A DNA stretch of 58,932 nt from Chiloscyllium plagiosum (Eukaryota): assembly GCF_004010195.1 (NCBI RefSeq), contig NW_025215017.1, positions 1 through 58,932 of the forward strand, in the 5' to 3' direction. Positions 38,551 through 54,248 of this stretch are shown one piece after another (position 1 is the first letter of the stretch; the number at the start of each line of letters is the position of its first letter). The notes under the pieces were generated by a model. That model was given only the letters and a program-made list of their open reading frames with translations. It ran no database searches and was not told the origin of the DNA. Both the position numbers and the translations under genes were made by a program.

Positions 38551-39003
38551 CATGAATCTTTTGGATCAGAGAACTGACTTAAATACTCCTGATGCAATTG
38601 TCTAGTTCACATTCAACCCTGAATTCTTCGACTTCCAATAATCATTCTGTTTAAAGTATTATTGTTTTTAAGTCTCCTCTTCCTCAGGCTTTCACCTCAC
38701 TATCTAAAAATCCTTCTAAATTCCTGAGAAATCCTCGTTATGGTTTAACCTGAGTGATTAGTTTTAAACAGAAAACTGACTGAAAATGCAGGTAACAGTC
38801 ATACTGCTAAGGTTAGGGCAAATTGTTTTCTTTCCTTGCCTCCTCAGCTCCACACATTAAAATCAAGGCTTTCCTTTTAATAATGAGAAATTAGTGGATT
38901 TTTTTCTACATTATTTGATTTAAATAATAATGTCAGTTGTTGATTACAGTTTTCTGTATTAACATTCTGTTTTATAGTAGTTAAAAAGGCAATACCATTT
39001 TAG

Positions 39004-39396
<393 letters not shown>

Positions 39397-40124
39397 TGAA
39401 CATGGTACATCATTGAAACCCCAATTATATCTCATCAATTTTTTAAGCGTTTAACAGACAAAGAGCACAATAGTGTAATTTCATTACATTTTAGTGAATT
39501 TTAATTGATTGCATTCTTCGATCACTGTACACCCTTTAGAGACTGTAAAATTACTGCCAGCAACTTCTATATTTCTCCATTTAACAGCACATGTACAAAC
39601 TCCAGAAGTTGCTCTCGGTTTCAGAGAGTAATGACTGAAAGTTTGGCAGTCCTGCTGCTGTTTCTAACGTTGGCCCATATTCTTTTTCATTTCTTCCATT
39701 ACATGTAGTTTATATGAATATTTAAATACCTATTCAAAAACCAAAACTGATACCTTCCTTTGAAAAAAAATCTCATAAGGAATTTATAGAAGAACAGACT
39801 TGATGGATCAAATGTTTTACAAACAGCCAACTAGACAGTGAAGCAACAGAACTGTCTTTGCACACTTAATAGATTAAATTTATTGAAATATTATTATAAC
39901 ATGCAACTCTAACTAGTGCCCACATTTTAGCCACAATAGTCGGCTTCTACATATATGAACAAGGGCAAGTCTTGCAAATAGTAACCACCTACAAATAGTT
40001 ATCCCCAAATGATATACAATTAACAATTTGCTTATTTCATTCCTTATGATCCTATTCATGAAATTAACAAGTCTTCTGTATAAGGAAGAACTCATATTTT
40101 CATGTTCAGTCTGCTCAATGACAA

Positions 40125-41064
40125 AATCTTATTAATCATTACTGTGTTTATAAAATCAAATAATAGTATTAATTATGTTTGGATCAAGACTAAAATCTGT
40201 ATTTTCATCCACGAATCAAGTGATCAGGCTTGGGAAAATTCCAAGGTCCGTGAGCCAGACTTTTAAAAATGGTTATCCATGGCTCAAAATGGCATAAAAA
40301 TCTATTTCCTACATTTATATTACTTGAATTTCATAATGCTTTATAATAACAAACATTTCATTCACATTCTATTATAAGAACAAGCATTGAAATTTACTTA
40401 TAATCCCACTTCCAGAGTCCATAATGACTTGGAGCTGTCAATAAAAGCACAAAATGCCATTCTACTGTGGTAATGGGTGCTAGTGAAATCAGTCAAACAG
40501 CGCTAGACATCAACAGAAGCCTGAAGGCATATGTCAACAGGTGGAGTGAAATAGCAGGCAATACTTTTTTTTCCTCAATACTCAAGACATTTTCTTCAGA
40601 GATTTAAAGGACAAGATGTCTAAATGCCTTGAATGTTTTGACACCCTTTGACATTTGTTTTTGACAGCTCCTCTTGACCAATCCTGTTTGACAGATCATC
40701 TTGACTGTTGCTTGTGACAGTTTGTCAGTTAGTTTTGATTAGTCTGTTGATAGTTCTGAGGAGGTTAACAGTTGATGAGTTTATGCACTTTTCAGACAGA
40801 TTTATGCCTGAAAATCTGACATTTGCAGATCTTGTCAATCTTATTAATCATTCCTGTGTTTATAAAATCAAATAATGCTATTAATTATGTTTGGATCAGG
40901 ACTAAAAACTGTATTTTCATCCACGAATCAAGTGATCAAGCTTGGGAAAATTCCAAGGTCTGTGAGCCAGGCTTTTAAAAATGGCTGTTCATCCTCAAAA
41001 TGGCATAAAAATCTATTTCCTACATTTATGTTATTTGAATTTCATAATGCTTTATAATAACAAA
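40125..41064. repeat. Direct duplication of about 229 bp (40125-40353 and 40837-41064)
   Basis: Both copies read aatcttattaatcatt...tcatccacgaatcaagtgatca...cataatgctttataataacaaa with scattered mismatches. Confidence 0.95.
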
Positions 41065-41199
41065 AGGCCTAAGACTTCAAAGACAAAAATTTAAATTTTG
41101 TTTAGAATTCTTCAGTATAATAAACCTAGGTATCATGAAATGGAATGCGGTTCCTTATTCAAGTCAATTTTTTAAAATCCCATTTTATATTAACTACAA

Positions 41200-41610
41200 G
41201 ACCCCAAAATGTAGGAGCCAAAATAGGTAATTTGACCAGTCGGGTCTGATCAAAGCTAAAGTGAGCTTATTGCTGATCTGATAATCCTCAACCCACTTTC
41301 CTGCCATTGCTCTATTTCATTGGTCTCCTTACTGATTTAAAACATATCTTGGCCGTGGATATGCATAATAAACCAGTCTTGACCGCTTTCTGCAATAAAG
41401 AATTCCACAGATTCATTACCCTTTCAGAGAAGAAATTCCTCCTCATCTCTATCTTAAGTGGGCAATCTTTTGATCTGAGATTATACTTTCCAGTCCTAGA
41501 CTCATCAACAATATGAAACAACCTGTCAGGCTGCTAAGAGTCTTATATCTTTCAATAAAGTCACATCACTTTCTTTGAAATTCCATAGAAACCAGCCCCA
41601 ACCTACTCAA
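41200..41610 (-). mobile_element. CR1 3' fragment
   Basis: ORF 41312..41521: ESRTG..KIEMRRNFFSERVMNLWNSL. Confidence 0.85.
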
Positions 41611-41934
41611 CCGAGTCCACATTGCCAGCCCAGTTGGGGTGGTGTGGTGGCCCTACTAAAAAGTAACAAAATCCCATCCCAAATTTACTAATGGGATCAA
41701 CAACACTTACCTTGACAGAGTTCTGTTAAGTTTAAGTGGCACCATTTTACTCCAGGGCTGACAAGGCCCAAGAAAAGCAGATGAACCCTGTATCTCCCAA
41801 AATGGCCATTGGGTCATCTTTAGATGTAATCAATCCCTATTGGGAACAATTTCCTGATGAACTAATAAAATAATTTTTTCTTAGTAATATAATTTTGAAA
41901 CATTCCAATTAATTTACAAGTGTAATTATTTTAA

Positions 41935-42120
<186 letters not shown>

Positions 42121-43388
42121 TAAGATTGTTTTCTCCTTGCAACATCACCTTTGATGTTTTGAATATATTGAATGTTATTTCAAGATTTATTTTCCTCCAA
42201 AGCTAAAAGAAGCAGGACTTCAGTTTAATGCTTTACTTAACACTGCTTTGATCTAGAAGTGACTTCATGTTGAATTTTTTACACAACCAATTTAATATAT
42301 TCAGAGATATGCGGAGAAGATCCAAATCCATTTTGTATCTAATTCTGGGATCACTAGAACAGATAGAAGAATAGGAAGTGCCTCATTAGTGTTGCTGGCA
42401 TCGCTGTTTTGGAAAATTAAGAGGGGCGTCGTCTCTTAAAAGCAAGTAATTTCATATATAGGAATAGAAATGTGGAAAGCTGTTCTAATGGCTTTACAAA
42501 TCAACATAATTTTAAGCATTTTGAAATGTGGGAAATGTAAAGTACCTTTGTAAAGACGGTTTCAATCAAAATATTAGTTATCAAAGAACATTTTAGATTA
42601 TTAAAGTTTATGGCTGGTAATAAATTGGCATAGGCAGGCGCCAAAGAGCAGGTCATTATATGCAGTTTTGTCTAGAACCAGTAAGCTGGATGGGAAGATC
42701 TAAAGCAGAGATAGAGGGTAAGGGATCATTATTGCTAATTTATCTGGAAGAAAAATCTCTCATTTTATCTTCCAACTTTCACAGTGACAAAATTATCTAA
42801 CATATTAAGTAAACTGATTCTGCAGTTGTCAATTTATTTGTTAAACTTGTGTCCTCCTAACAGTTTAAGCCAATGGTGCAGTGGAAATTAGCCTAAGTTA
42901 GCAAAGCCATGCATGGTTTTCCCATCTCTGGAGGTGGCAAGAAGTATAAATAATTAGTTGAGTCTGTCCTGGAGAGAAACTAAACCCCTTCTCACCACCT
43001 CAGCAATTAAATGCTTGGGCAAGAAAGCCCATTAGTGACTTTCCCAAATCACCAGCAACTCAAGCTTTTAAGTCGTTGGTTATAGGCTACTTAAGATGAC
43101 AATCATCCACTGGACAAGCAAGTGAGAAAGGTGGCTAGTTTACCCACTGGAAACTGGAGTAATGTACCTGCCTTGGTGGGATGTGACCTCCAATAACCCA
43201 ATTTGGGGGCAATTTGATGCACAGGTGAGGTCAAGGAAGTGACCTCTGAAAGCCACCATCCTGCCCTTGCCTCCAGTCCACCTCCCCCCTCAACCACATC
43301 CCACACAAAGAAGGCAAAAAAATACTTACCTTCTTGCCACTGGACCCCCCCCCCCCCCCCCCCCAACCCCCCACCAAGGAATAGGACT

Positions 43389-43478
43389 GGTCCTCGGATG
43401 CTGCCTGAACTGCTGTGCTCTTCCAGCACCACTAATCCAGAATCTGGTTTCCAGCATCTGCAGTCATTGTTTTTACCT
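43389..43478 (+). mobile_element. Short PLE terminal-repeat insertion (no hammerhead)
   Basis: Perfect TSD aaggaataggact (43376-43388/43479-43491); ggatgctgcctgaactgctgtgctcttccagc...catctgcagtcattgtttttacct. Confidence 0.85.
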
Positions 43479-44874
43479 AAGGAATAGGACTTGACCAGCT
43501 AACTTTAGGCCCAGGTGTTGGCCTCCGATTGTTCGGCACTTTACCAATGTCGAGGCCTGTGATGGGGAGAATTATCTTTCTAAGCTCTTAATGAGCTGGT
43601 TAGTGGGGAATCCAGAGAGCCACCAATCACTTCCTTTAATAAAAAAAACAGAAAATCTCTCCTGTTTTTCTTGTTGCAACAAACTGTGTCCATTTTGCCT
43701 AGTATGGAGAGTGGAGAACCTGAACATGGATAACAGACGCAGATCAACTTCCTGGAGGTGGTACATAGCAGCAGCCCTGCCTACCAATGTTGTAGCTCTA
43801 TTGGAACAGCTTGGCTATTAGCCCAGCTAGTTCTGGAGCACATGTGGTGGATATTATTTTAAGAATGGTGTCAAAGCCCATAGCCTTTCAGTATTCAATG
43901 CCTTCAGAAGTTGCTTGATATTTCATTTGAAGGAATTGAATTGGTTGAAGACTGTCTTTGGACTTCAGAAAGAATTCACAGTGCATCATTCACATGGCAT
44001 TTCTGGCTGAAGATGGATGCAGATACATCATTCTTGTCATTTGCACTCATGTGCGAGGTTCCCCTCATATCTCCCAGATTATGCCTTGTTGTCAACATAA
44101 TCTATCTTAAAGTTGCAGAAATATGTAGGACTGGATTTTAGGTATCCCGAATGAGCTTGTTTTTTATTGGGGGAGGGCAGTAGGTAAAATGGATCAGGGG
44201 TCAACCCATCACCTCCCAACAAACTCAAGCTGAAATCAGCAGCCTGCTTTCCATATTTAAATACATAATTTTGTCTCAAATAAAAATACCGTAAAGCCAT
44301 AATATGACTGCTATTGACAGAGTGCTGGGAGTGGACAGGGTAGTTTCAAAGGGTATATCTGGATTGTTCAGCAGGTACCAAGGGCTCCAATGTGACCCCT
44401 GACCCTTTGTTCAAATCACAAATAAGCGTAACTGGAAGGTTTTGAAAAGAGCTTCCCCGGTCAAAGGTCAGTTTTTCCACTCACTGACCACCCAACTGAC
44501 AAGCTTGTGCCGCCCCCCAATCTAGTCACTCACTGGTGAACCTAACAAAAGCAAATGTGAGCGAGAAACAGTCAGTCAGTTATTGGAGGAGCAGCACAAT
44601 GTGAGCAAATGAACTCAGTCCAACACCTAGAGGCAAAGTAGTGAGACTACCAGATAGGAACACAGAGGGTTTTGGAGAGAGATTGGCTTGGGAGGAGAGG
44701 AATGAGAGTTGGTCATTGAAGGTGGTGTGGAGGACAGTCAAGAAACCTTCAGGTTTCCTGGCTGGGTAGGACAGTGAATGGCTGGGAAAGTCAGGTGTAC
44801 CATTGGAGTCTGGTAGGTGGTTACATCAAGTGTGTGACTTGGGAGAAAGGGGTGTGACTTGTGTGACTGACGGA

Positions 44875-45250
44875 AGATGAACATAAAACCTAGAGGCTGG
44901 AGAAGGCAATTCAAGCCTGCTCCACCCTTTGATATGATCATTGCTGGTCACATTTCAGTTTCAACTTGACTTTCCTGCCACTCTCCGTAACCCTTCAATG
45001 ATTACTGATTAAACATCTATCTATCTATCTTCAACTTAACGTCTGGGATAGTGAATTCCACAATTTATCCTTTGAGATATTTATCCTTTAATTTATCCTT
45101 TAATTTCTCATCATTTGTTTTAAATTGGTCACTCCTTCTCCTAAAACTATAACCACTTGTTCTAGATTGCCCCACATGAGGAAACATCCTTTCAGTATCT
45201 ATTTTAACAATCCCCTTTAGCATTTTGCGTATCTCAATTAGCTCTTCTCT
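44875..45250 (-). mobile_element. CR1 3' fragment
   Basis: ORF remnant KMLKGIVKIDTERMFPHVGQSRTSGYSF. Confidence 0.75.
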
Positions 45251-46971
45251 AAGAAAATAGGTAAATTGGAAAATATTGGAATGTTTGGCATCAAGGATAA
45301 ACTTGTTGCCTTCCTGCCACCACAAATTAAGTTATAATGGGAATGCTCAAGTTTGACTTGTTACTATTACTAATGAATTTACTTCAACTGATCTTAGATC
45401 ATTTTGATTAGCTCCATTATATGAACCCACCAGCTGCCTGATTCCTAGAAGTTCTGACAGGTTTCCTTACTTCAGGAGGTCACAGGTTTCTATCCTAGAT
45501 GACTGTGATCATGGGCCAAAATGGGACAATCCAATTGAGACCTATAAATGATTAATAATTGAGTACTTAAGGGCATTGTGCTGCAAACACTTCAGCTCCA
45601 GGCAGGACAAGAAAACATCAGCCTGCATAACTAGTTAACCAGTATAGTCAGGCTCTCAGTTTGTTGTGGGAAAAGAGGAATCCTTCAACCTACAGCAATT
45701 TGTGCAAGACTGCAGACTCTATCTAGGCTAGATGGATGGCATCTGAGAGATACCCATATGCCCTCATTTCTAAGCAGCCTGTTCCCTATCTCCCATAGAA
45801 AGGACCTTCAAACAGTCATCCCCCAGGAGTAATCTTCCATCTGGGAATCCAAGGGTGTGATGCCTGGCAGCAGCTATGCTCTGTTGTAGAGCTGCTGAGT
45901 TTTGGAGCTTTTAGCTTTAGATTGATCAACAGATCTTAATTCCAGAAAGTCCACCAGCTGCCTGATTCCTAGAAGTTCTGACAGGTTTCCTTACTTCAGG
46001 AGGTCACAGGTTTCTGTTCTAGATGACTGTAATCATGGGCCGAAATGAGACAATCCTGTCAATGATCAGCTTAATCCATCCAAATTTACCTAATTTACTT
46101 TAAAATTAGATATATTACAAATATTTATCCGCTTTCTTTAAATTCAAAAACTCAACAGGCTGATGGACCTCCTGGTAATCTGTACTTTGAAACCAAAATT
46201 AGTCCTGATGGTGCTATTTTCAATAATCTCTTAGTGGGCCTCTTCTGCATTGTGGGGGAAAAAATATTGTAATCTCTTCCTTTACTGTCTTGTAGAACAT
46301 TTTAAATTGATGACCTTGATTAACTAACTTATTGTCCAGTGAAAATAGTTTTCAATAGTAATAGTAACTTTACTTCAACTGATCTTAGATCATTTTGAAT
46401 AGCTCCATTATATCAGCTCTTGGCCTTCCTTTCTGTCTTTCCCCTCATAAATAAAGCCTTTCAGTACTAGGAACATTTTTGGGACTTTCCTTTCTAAGTT
46501 CCTTCCTGGAATAACGTACCTGAAATTTGATGCAGGTTCTTGTAGAACTTGAATCGTAAGTAATAAGTTTAAGTATTAATACTCCTAAAAGTTCCATTAT
46601 GAAGAAATATAATTAACCCTAACTTTTAAACTCACAATTTTGAAAAATAGAGCTGCTGTAATAGTGAATACTCATGATAGAATTAAGGAAAAGCTAGTGA
46701 GGTTACAGAACAAAATAGTATTATGGAGCTCAATTAATTTCTGTGGAGATGCAGACTAGAGAAGCGAAAAGAAACTTATCCGCTTCAGCCATTATTCTTT
46801 AAAAGGGAGGTCCCGACAATGCAATTCATCTTTTTAATTTTTACAAGTTAAAATAAAAAGCAGAATTACTTACAGTTTATGAAGTAATGCAAGTGTAAAA
46901 AATGAACATTTGTTGCAGTCAGAATTGCTTAAGGCACCTGGAATCATTCTGTCTGAATTATGCTGTGTTAA

Positions 46972-47613
<642 letters not shown>

Positions 47614-48677
47614 TAATTGTAATCGTGAAATGGCACTATAGAACTAGTTGAAAATGGTTTTAGCTTTTTATATTGTAATAACGTTTATTTGCTGCATGAT
47701 TTTAATTTTTGCTGATTTTTTACAGGAAAATTCTTGGTCATGTTTAAATAAGGCTAAGCAACAATAAAGGGCAATTTTTCATCTGTTGGTGATTTTCTAT
47801 TAAATAACTGACATGCGATACTGGGTTTAATGTTTTGCGCAATGGAGAAGCTAGTTCTGATTTTCTTAGCAATAATTATTTTCTTACAATAATTTCACTG
47901 TTAACTGGGTAAGAGAAAATCTAATTAACTGTCTCCACAGTGTATTTTACAAATAATTGGATGATATTCATATTTGGAGGGCCATGGATACAAATCAGAT
48001 TAAGGACAATACTAAACAGCAAGTTAGCAAGAAAATTGCAACTGATCAGGTTAGCCATAATATTTTACAGAAGAAAGCTTGAAACAAAAAGAGGATTTGA
48101 ACATAGAAACAAAATAACTTGATGTAAGAAAGTAGTATCTGAATGTTTAGAAGTTTTTCTAAAACTGTCCAACAGAGAGGTATATCAAGTTTCACATGCT
48201 GGTGGAAAACACTTCTAAACCTCTTTCAAAGTTCAAATTAAACTTTAGCAGGGGTGCAAAGTGGGCAGAATTGGATAACCTTTCTATTATACATCCAGTC
48301 TGATTTCCTGTTCCGTTACGAGTTAATGGAAAGGAAACTGGGTGATTTGTTTTATTACATGACTTTGTACTTAAATTTCCCCCATATATATATATATATA
48401 TCTTGTAAATGAAATTCAAGTGAAATGAAATATAATGCCCCTTATAAAAGTATAATTATTATTCTCCTAGATTGCTTTCAACAGTTCCAAGGAATGAGTA
48501 GCTAATTCCTGGAGATTCCAGGACAATCCTATAGGATTGGTAACCATAGGTGTGTAACTGACTGCAAATCTGGCATCACCCATTTTTACCCCACAATTTT
48601 ACTTCCTGTGAAATTGTGATGATAAGCTAACAATGTCGCCAGCGACTTTCAGCTTACATGTTTATACTGTGAAAGTA

Positions 48678-48846
48678 AGAGAAAATGAGGACTGCAGATG
48701 CTGGAGATCAGAGCTGAAAATGTGTTGCTAGAAAAGCACAGCAGGTCAGGCAGCATCCAAGGAACAGGAGAATCGACGTTTCGGGCATAAGCCTGAAGAA
48801 GGGCTTATTCCTGAAGAAGGGCTTATGCCCGAAACGTCGATTCTCC
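48678..48846 (-). mobile_element. Young fold-back PLE terminal-repeat insertion
   Basis: Perfect 15-bp TSD tatactgtgaaagta (48663-48677/48847-48861); perfect 28-nt inverted repeat; CpGs retained. Confidence 0.9.
48807..48842 (+). ncRNA. Minimal type-I hammerhead ribozyme motif (PLE type), core intact
   Basis: attc-CUGAAGA-A-GGGC-uuau-GCCC-GAAA-cg-UC-gauu; palindromic ACGU in place of stem III. Confidence 0.7.
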
Positions 48847-50877
48847 TATACTGTGAAAGTAGCCAAGGTCTTAAAGAATCACTTCTGTTTTCACAAATAA
48901 ACAAATAAACTGGGTGCAGTAGGAAATCATGACAGTCATGATAATTAGAGAAAATTAATATATTTCTGAAATAAATTACTTAGCATTTTAGAGAAACAGG
49001 CAGACATTGTGATTATATTTTCAAAAATACAACATTTAAAATCACACAAATTTACTGCAGGAAAAATTGGGTAATCTACATATCATGGAGGGTCAAGACA
49101 TAAAAACTTTTATAGTAAATAGAAGTACCTATTGTGTATTCTAGTATCTACTGTTACACAGGTACTGGCACATATGTAAAACAACCTCCTAAAAGAAACT
49201 ATAATGATCATATTTAGTTTTGTATATATACTTAACTGAATATGCTGCCCACTTCAGTATTCATAAATTGAATATTTATTGACATTTCATCCAGTAACCA
49301 TTAAGGCTCCAAAAAATCTGAAAGCTCAAAAGTGGCTAAAAGTCTAGATCTGTTAATTTGGAAATACTTTAAAAAATGTAAGAGTAGATTTTATAGATGT
49401 CTCTTGTTGCATTGTTTTATTTCATGATCGAGCTGTTAGAGTTTAAACACAAAACCTATGCAGGCAAAACCTTTATAAACAGACTCGGTTCACAACAATC
49501 TGGGTTTAGGCCTGATTTTTGCCTTTTCATTATTTTCCCAGAGGCAAGAAAAACAAGGTCAGGTCTGATCTATCTTGTGCATTTCACGGAAGCAGCTGAC
49601 CACTTAAATCATAAGTTGTCTCTACTCAAGCCAGATTTTGGTAACGCAGGAATGTGAAACCCAAAATGTGCAGAGCAAAACTTGTAAGAGCAGGTCTGAA
49701 CTTTGAACCTTTCTTTGGATGGCCAGGTTTCCCATTTGGAAAGGGAATATGATCCTTGGCTAAATTTAGGAAGGTTAGGTGTGTTTTGACATGATTAGAA
49801 GTAGGAATGAATGTACGTAAAAGATGCATAAGCTCATTAACTTTCACAATAATTGGAACTGCCAGCAGACCCATCAGAATAAACTGTTGAAACTGTCAAA
49901 GATATCAAAAGGACCCACCAAAGTTCAAGGACCTAACACATGCAATGGCCAGAGGCATCTATCAAGGCATTTAAAAGGCCTGTCTTTTAAATCTTTGAGA
50001 AAAAGAATCTGTAGTGTTAAGGAAAACATAATTGCTTGCTATTTCACTTCATCTGTTGCCGTAGGTATGAGGGTTTCCATTACAGAATCATTGCTGCATG
50101 ACTGACTTCACAACTATCCAATATAACAGTAGGGTGACTGACATTTCAGTTTCATTGACAACTCCAAGTCTTTATAGACTCTTTGAAGTATGGCTATAAA
50201 TTAATTCCAATGCTGCTTGTTATAAAGAAATAGTAGCACTGGAAAAAAAAATTAATCTTATAAAACATGTAGTTCAAAAAATGGTTTTAATGAATCAGCA
50301 TATTATTGTGAAGTGTGCAATATACTTTTGGAACTTTATTTAATAAAACTGTATTTTGTCTCTGCATGAATCCTGAGGTGTGCCCTTGGTGAGTGCTAGA
50401 TCAGTTCATATGGTAGGTATAACAGCAAGCAGTGATAGGTAGAAGGGCATGGGATGACACAAACTTAACATAGGGCTAGTAAATGTACATGGGGTTGTGT
50501 ACATGGCTGTAGAATGCCTGAAGGTGAGGAGCCAAGCAGAAGCGACAGAGGCATAACATGGGTATGAAGAACTATGGGTAATGAGGTAACATAATTCATA
50601 TGAGGGGATGTGGGGATTGAGTACATGAGATCAGGATGGCATCAAGGTTTTGAGAGGCTATCGGGTGTGTGGCAGAGGTGATAGGCTTATTTTATGTGTC
50701 ATGCTTGCTTTTGAAACTTTCTATACAGTGCCAGTGTGCAAAGGCTGGCCTTCTATGCAGCCCACCTTCACACATGGTAAAAACAAGGAGTAATCCTTCT
50801 GATTGCTTGCGTTCCCACAACATTTTCAGTTATAAGGGGCTTAACTTTCCCAGAGGTGCCAGACACTAAAACAGCTT

Positions 50878-51060
50878 TGATTAGAGTGGTGCTGGAAAAG
50901 CACAGTAGGTCAGACGTTTCGGGAAAAGTCCTAATGAAGGGCTTTTGCCCGAAACGTCGATTTTCCTGCTCCTCGGATGCTGCCTGAACTGCTGTGCTTT
51001 TCCAGCACCACTCTAAATCCAGAATCTGTTTTTCAGCATCTGCAGTCATTGTTTTCACCT
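50878..51060 (+). mobile_element. Fold-back PLE terminal-repeat insertion; hammerhead with G5A change
   Basis: CTaATGA-A-GGGC-TTTT-GCCC-GAAACGTCGA at 50931-50960; inverted arm ttagagtggtgctggaaaagcacag. Confidence 0.85.
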
Positions 51061-51329
51061 CAATGGTTGAAAGGCCTACTGCTGTTCTTAAAAATCACAA
51101 CCATAGAGTACAGCAACAAATGGAAGAAATTCACTAGAGAATTTAATTACTGCATTAATGTAAAGTACTGTGTATGAAATTTAACTTATGTACTTAAATG
51201 CATTCTAGGAAATCAGTAGGCTACAGGTAATTTAGCCTAACATCTGAGAGAGCTCTGCGCCGATTAGCCTAGGCTCAGTCAGAGCTACATGCCAGCTAGC
51301 TATACATCAGTTGTCAGGAAAGTTTTCAA

Positions 51330-52540
51330 ATCTATTATCAAAGAATTATACACTAATTCATTAGAGAAGTATAGTATGATTAGAACAAGTAAATGTTATT
51401 TTGCTAAAGAGAAATTCTGTTTGACAAATTGATTGGAGTTCTTTGAGGATGTATTTAGTAAGGTAGGTAAATGGGATGATGTAGTATTTCTGCAAAAAGC
51501 ATTTTCAAGAAATGATGCACAAAAGGTTAATAGGCAAGCTAAGGGCTCTTGGAACTAAACGTAATATATTAGCTTTGATGAAAGATTGTTTAATAGCCAG
51601 GAGAAAAGAGTGGGCATAAATGGGGTACTTTTAAGTTGTCAAACCCTAAATAGTGGAGTGTCCAATGTCAATGCTTGTGAGGCATTTATTTACATTTTAT
51701 ATTGAGGACTTAGATACATTAACATCAGTCTTTTAGTGTAAGTTTGCTGATGATACAAAGCCAGGTAGAAAGGTAAGCATTGGGCAGCATATAAAAAAGG
51801 CTGCAAATAAATATAAACATGTGGTGTTAAGTGGTTGGACAACAAAATGGCAGATGGATGATAGTACAGAGAAGTGTGAATTTACTCACTTTGATTGTTA
51901 GAATTGGAAAACAATTTTTGAATGTGCTTGTGCAAGAAATGCAAAACTTACCATGTAGGTACAACAAGCAGTTAAGGAGACAAGTGCCATGTAGTGGTCT
52001 TTATCGCAAAGGGATTGGAGTTTAGGAATACATAAACCAATTAGAATTGTACACTACATCTAAAGTACTGTGTGCAGCTTTGGTCTCCACATTTAAGAAA
52101 ATATATACTTGCAATGGAGGTAATGTGGCAAAGGTTTACTAAATTAGTCTTTGGAATGAGAAGGTTGTCCTATGACAGGATGTTAAGCAAATTGGCTCTG
52201 TAGAAGAATGAGAAGCAATCTTGTTGAAACAAACAGAATTCCGAGGGACCTTGATGAGCTTAGGAATATTTTCATTTAGATTTAAGGAATCTGTTCATTT
52301 AAGATGGAGATAAGAAATTTTTCCATTCAAAGGGCTGAGTATCTTTGGAATCCTCTCCCATGAAAGATTGTGGAATGTCCATCATCAAATACATTTAAGG
52401 CTTGGATAGATGAATGTTTGGTGCTTCAGTGAATCCAAGGACGAGCAGAAAAGTACAGTTGAAGCCCAAGAAGATTTGTCCATGATAGTTTTGAATGATG
52501 GATCAGGCTCAAGGGGTACATAGTCCACTCCTACTCCTAT
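51330..52540 (+). mobile_element. Decayed CR1 LINE RT to 3' end
   Basis: CLTN.LEFFEDV, aagtttgctgatgatacaaag (KFADDTK), gtactgtgtgcagctttggtctcca, CR1 3' UTR. Confidence 0.8.
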
Positions 52541-52742
52541 TTTTGTGTATTTTGCTAGATATTTATAACTGTTATGCTTCTGCACATGTGAACATTTCTC
52601 TCCCATTACCCCATATCGTGATGCGACAGGACCAGAATTTTGTCATGAGTTTTATACAAAATATTTCTTGCCATTCGCCTCCAAGTCAGAAACAAGAAGT
52701 GACTGAGATTTAATTTGGCAGTGTTTTCACATTGCTGAGTAA

Positions 52743-53027
<285 letters not shown>

Positions 53028-53099
53028 TAAAATGCAGATTTTTTAACAATAATGTTTTAAGATCAAAATATATAACATTTTGTACTACTTTTCTGATAG

Positions 53100-53378
<279 letters not shown>

Positions 53379-54095
53379 TAAACAAAATACATAGTTAAAT
53401 CTTTCCAAACTCTTGTATGGAATAGTTCTGTAAACAACTTTATCTCTCTCTCCAGATTGCCCTGCTTTATATTTCTAACTTTTACTCTTTTTGTTCTACG
53501 TTTGGAGAAATTTTCTCTTTATTAATATAACATGTGCATTTAAATGATGAGTAGTAAATCAATTGATCCAGACCTTAATTGATCACAATTTAATTTGTTA
53601 AATGTCCAAACTTAGTAAGTTTTGAAATTTTGAGTCCAATGATTTATGGGAGAATTATTCAACATCTACCTTAACACCTAACAATACACTTTAATGGTGA
53701 TTTCATTCACATCCAACAGCATATGGAATGATAGCAGATCTTATTCACTCTCCTTAGACAAAAAGATTCTCTATTCTCACACGGCAAAGTTTCTTTGTAT
53801 AAAATCATGAAGTAGAACTTCCATTGTTTTGACTTTACCCAGCCATAGAATTCAGAATGCAGATTTAGTTTTTCAAGATCCAAATTGAGGTCTTCTAAAT
53901 CCATTGTTCAGATTTACTCATGAATCCTCCAAAAATGTTTTGATTTTATTCAGGAAAATGTTAGATTTAATGTTTATACACATGACATACTTTTTATTTA
54001 CAGTATTCAGTATTAATTTACATTAATGTCCTGGCTTAACAACATGAAAGTTAAGTCAACTTTGAAATGAACTAATGAATGCACGTTTGACCTAA

Positions 54096-54248
<153 letters not shown>

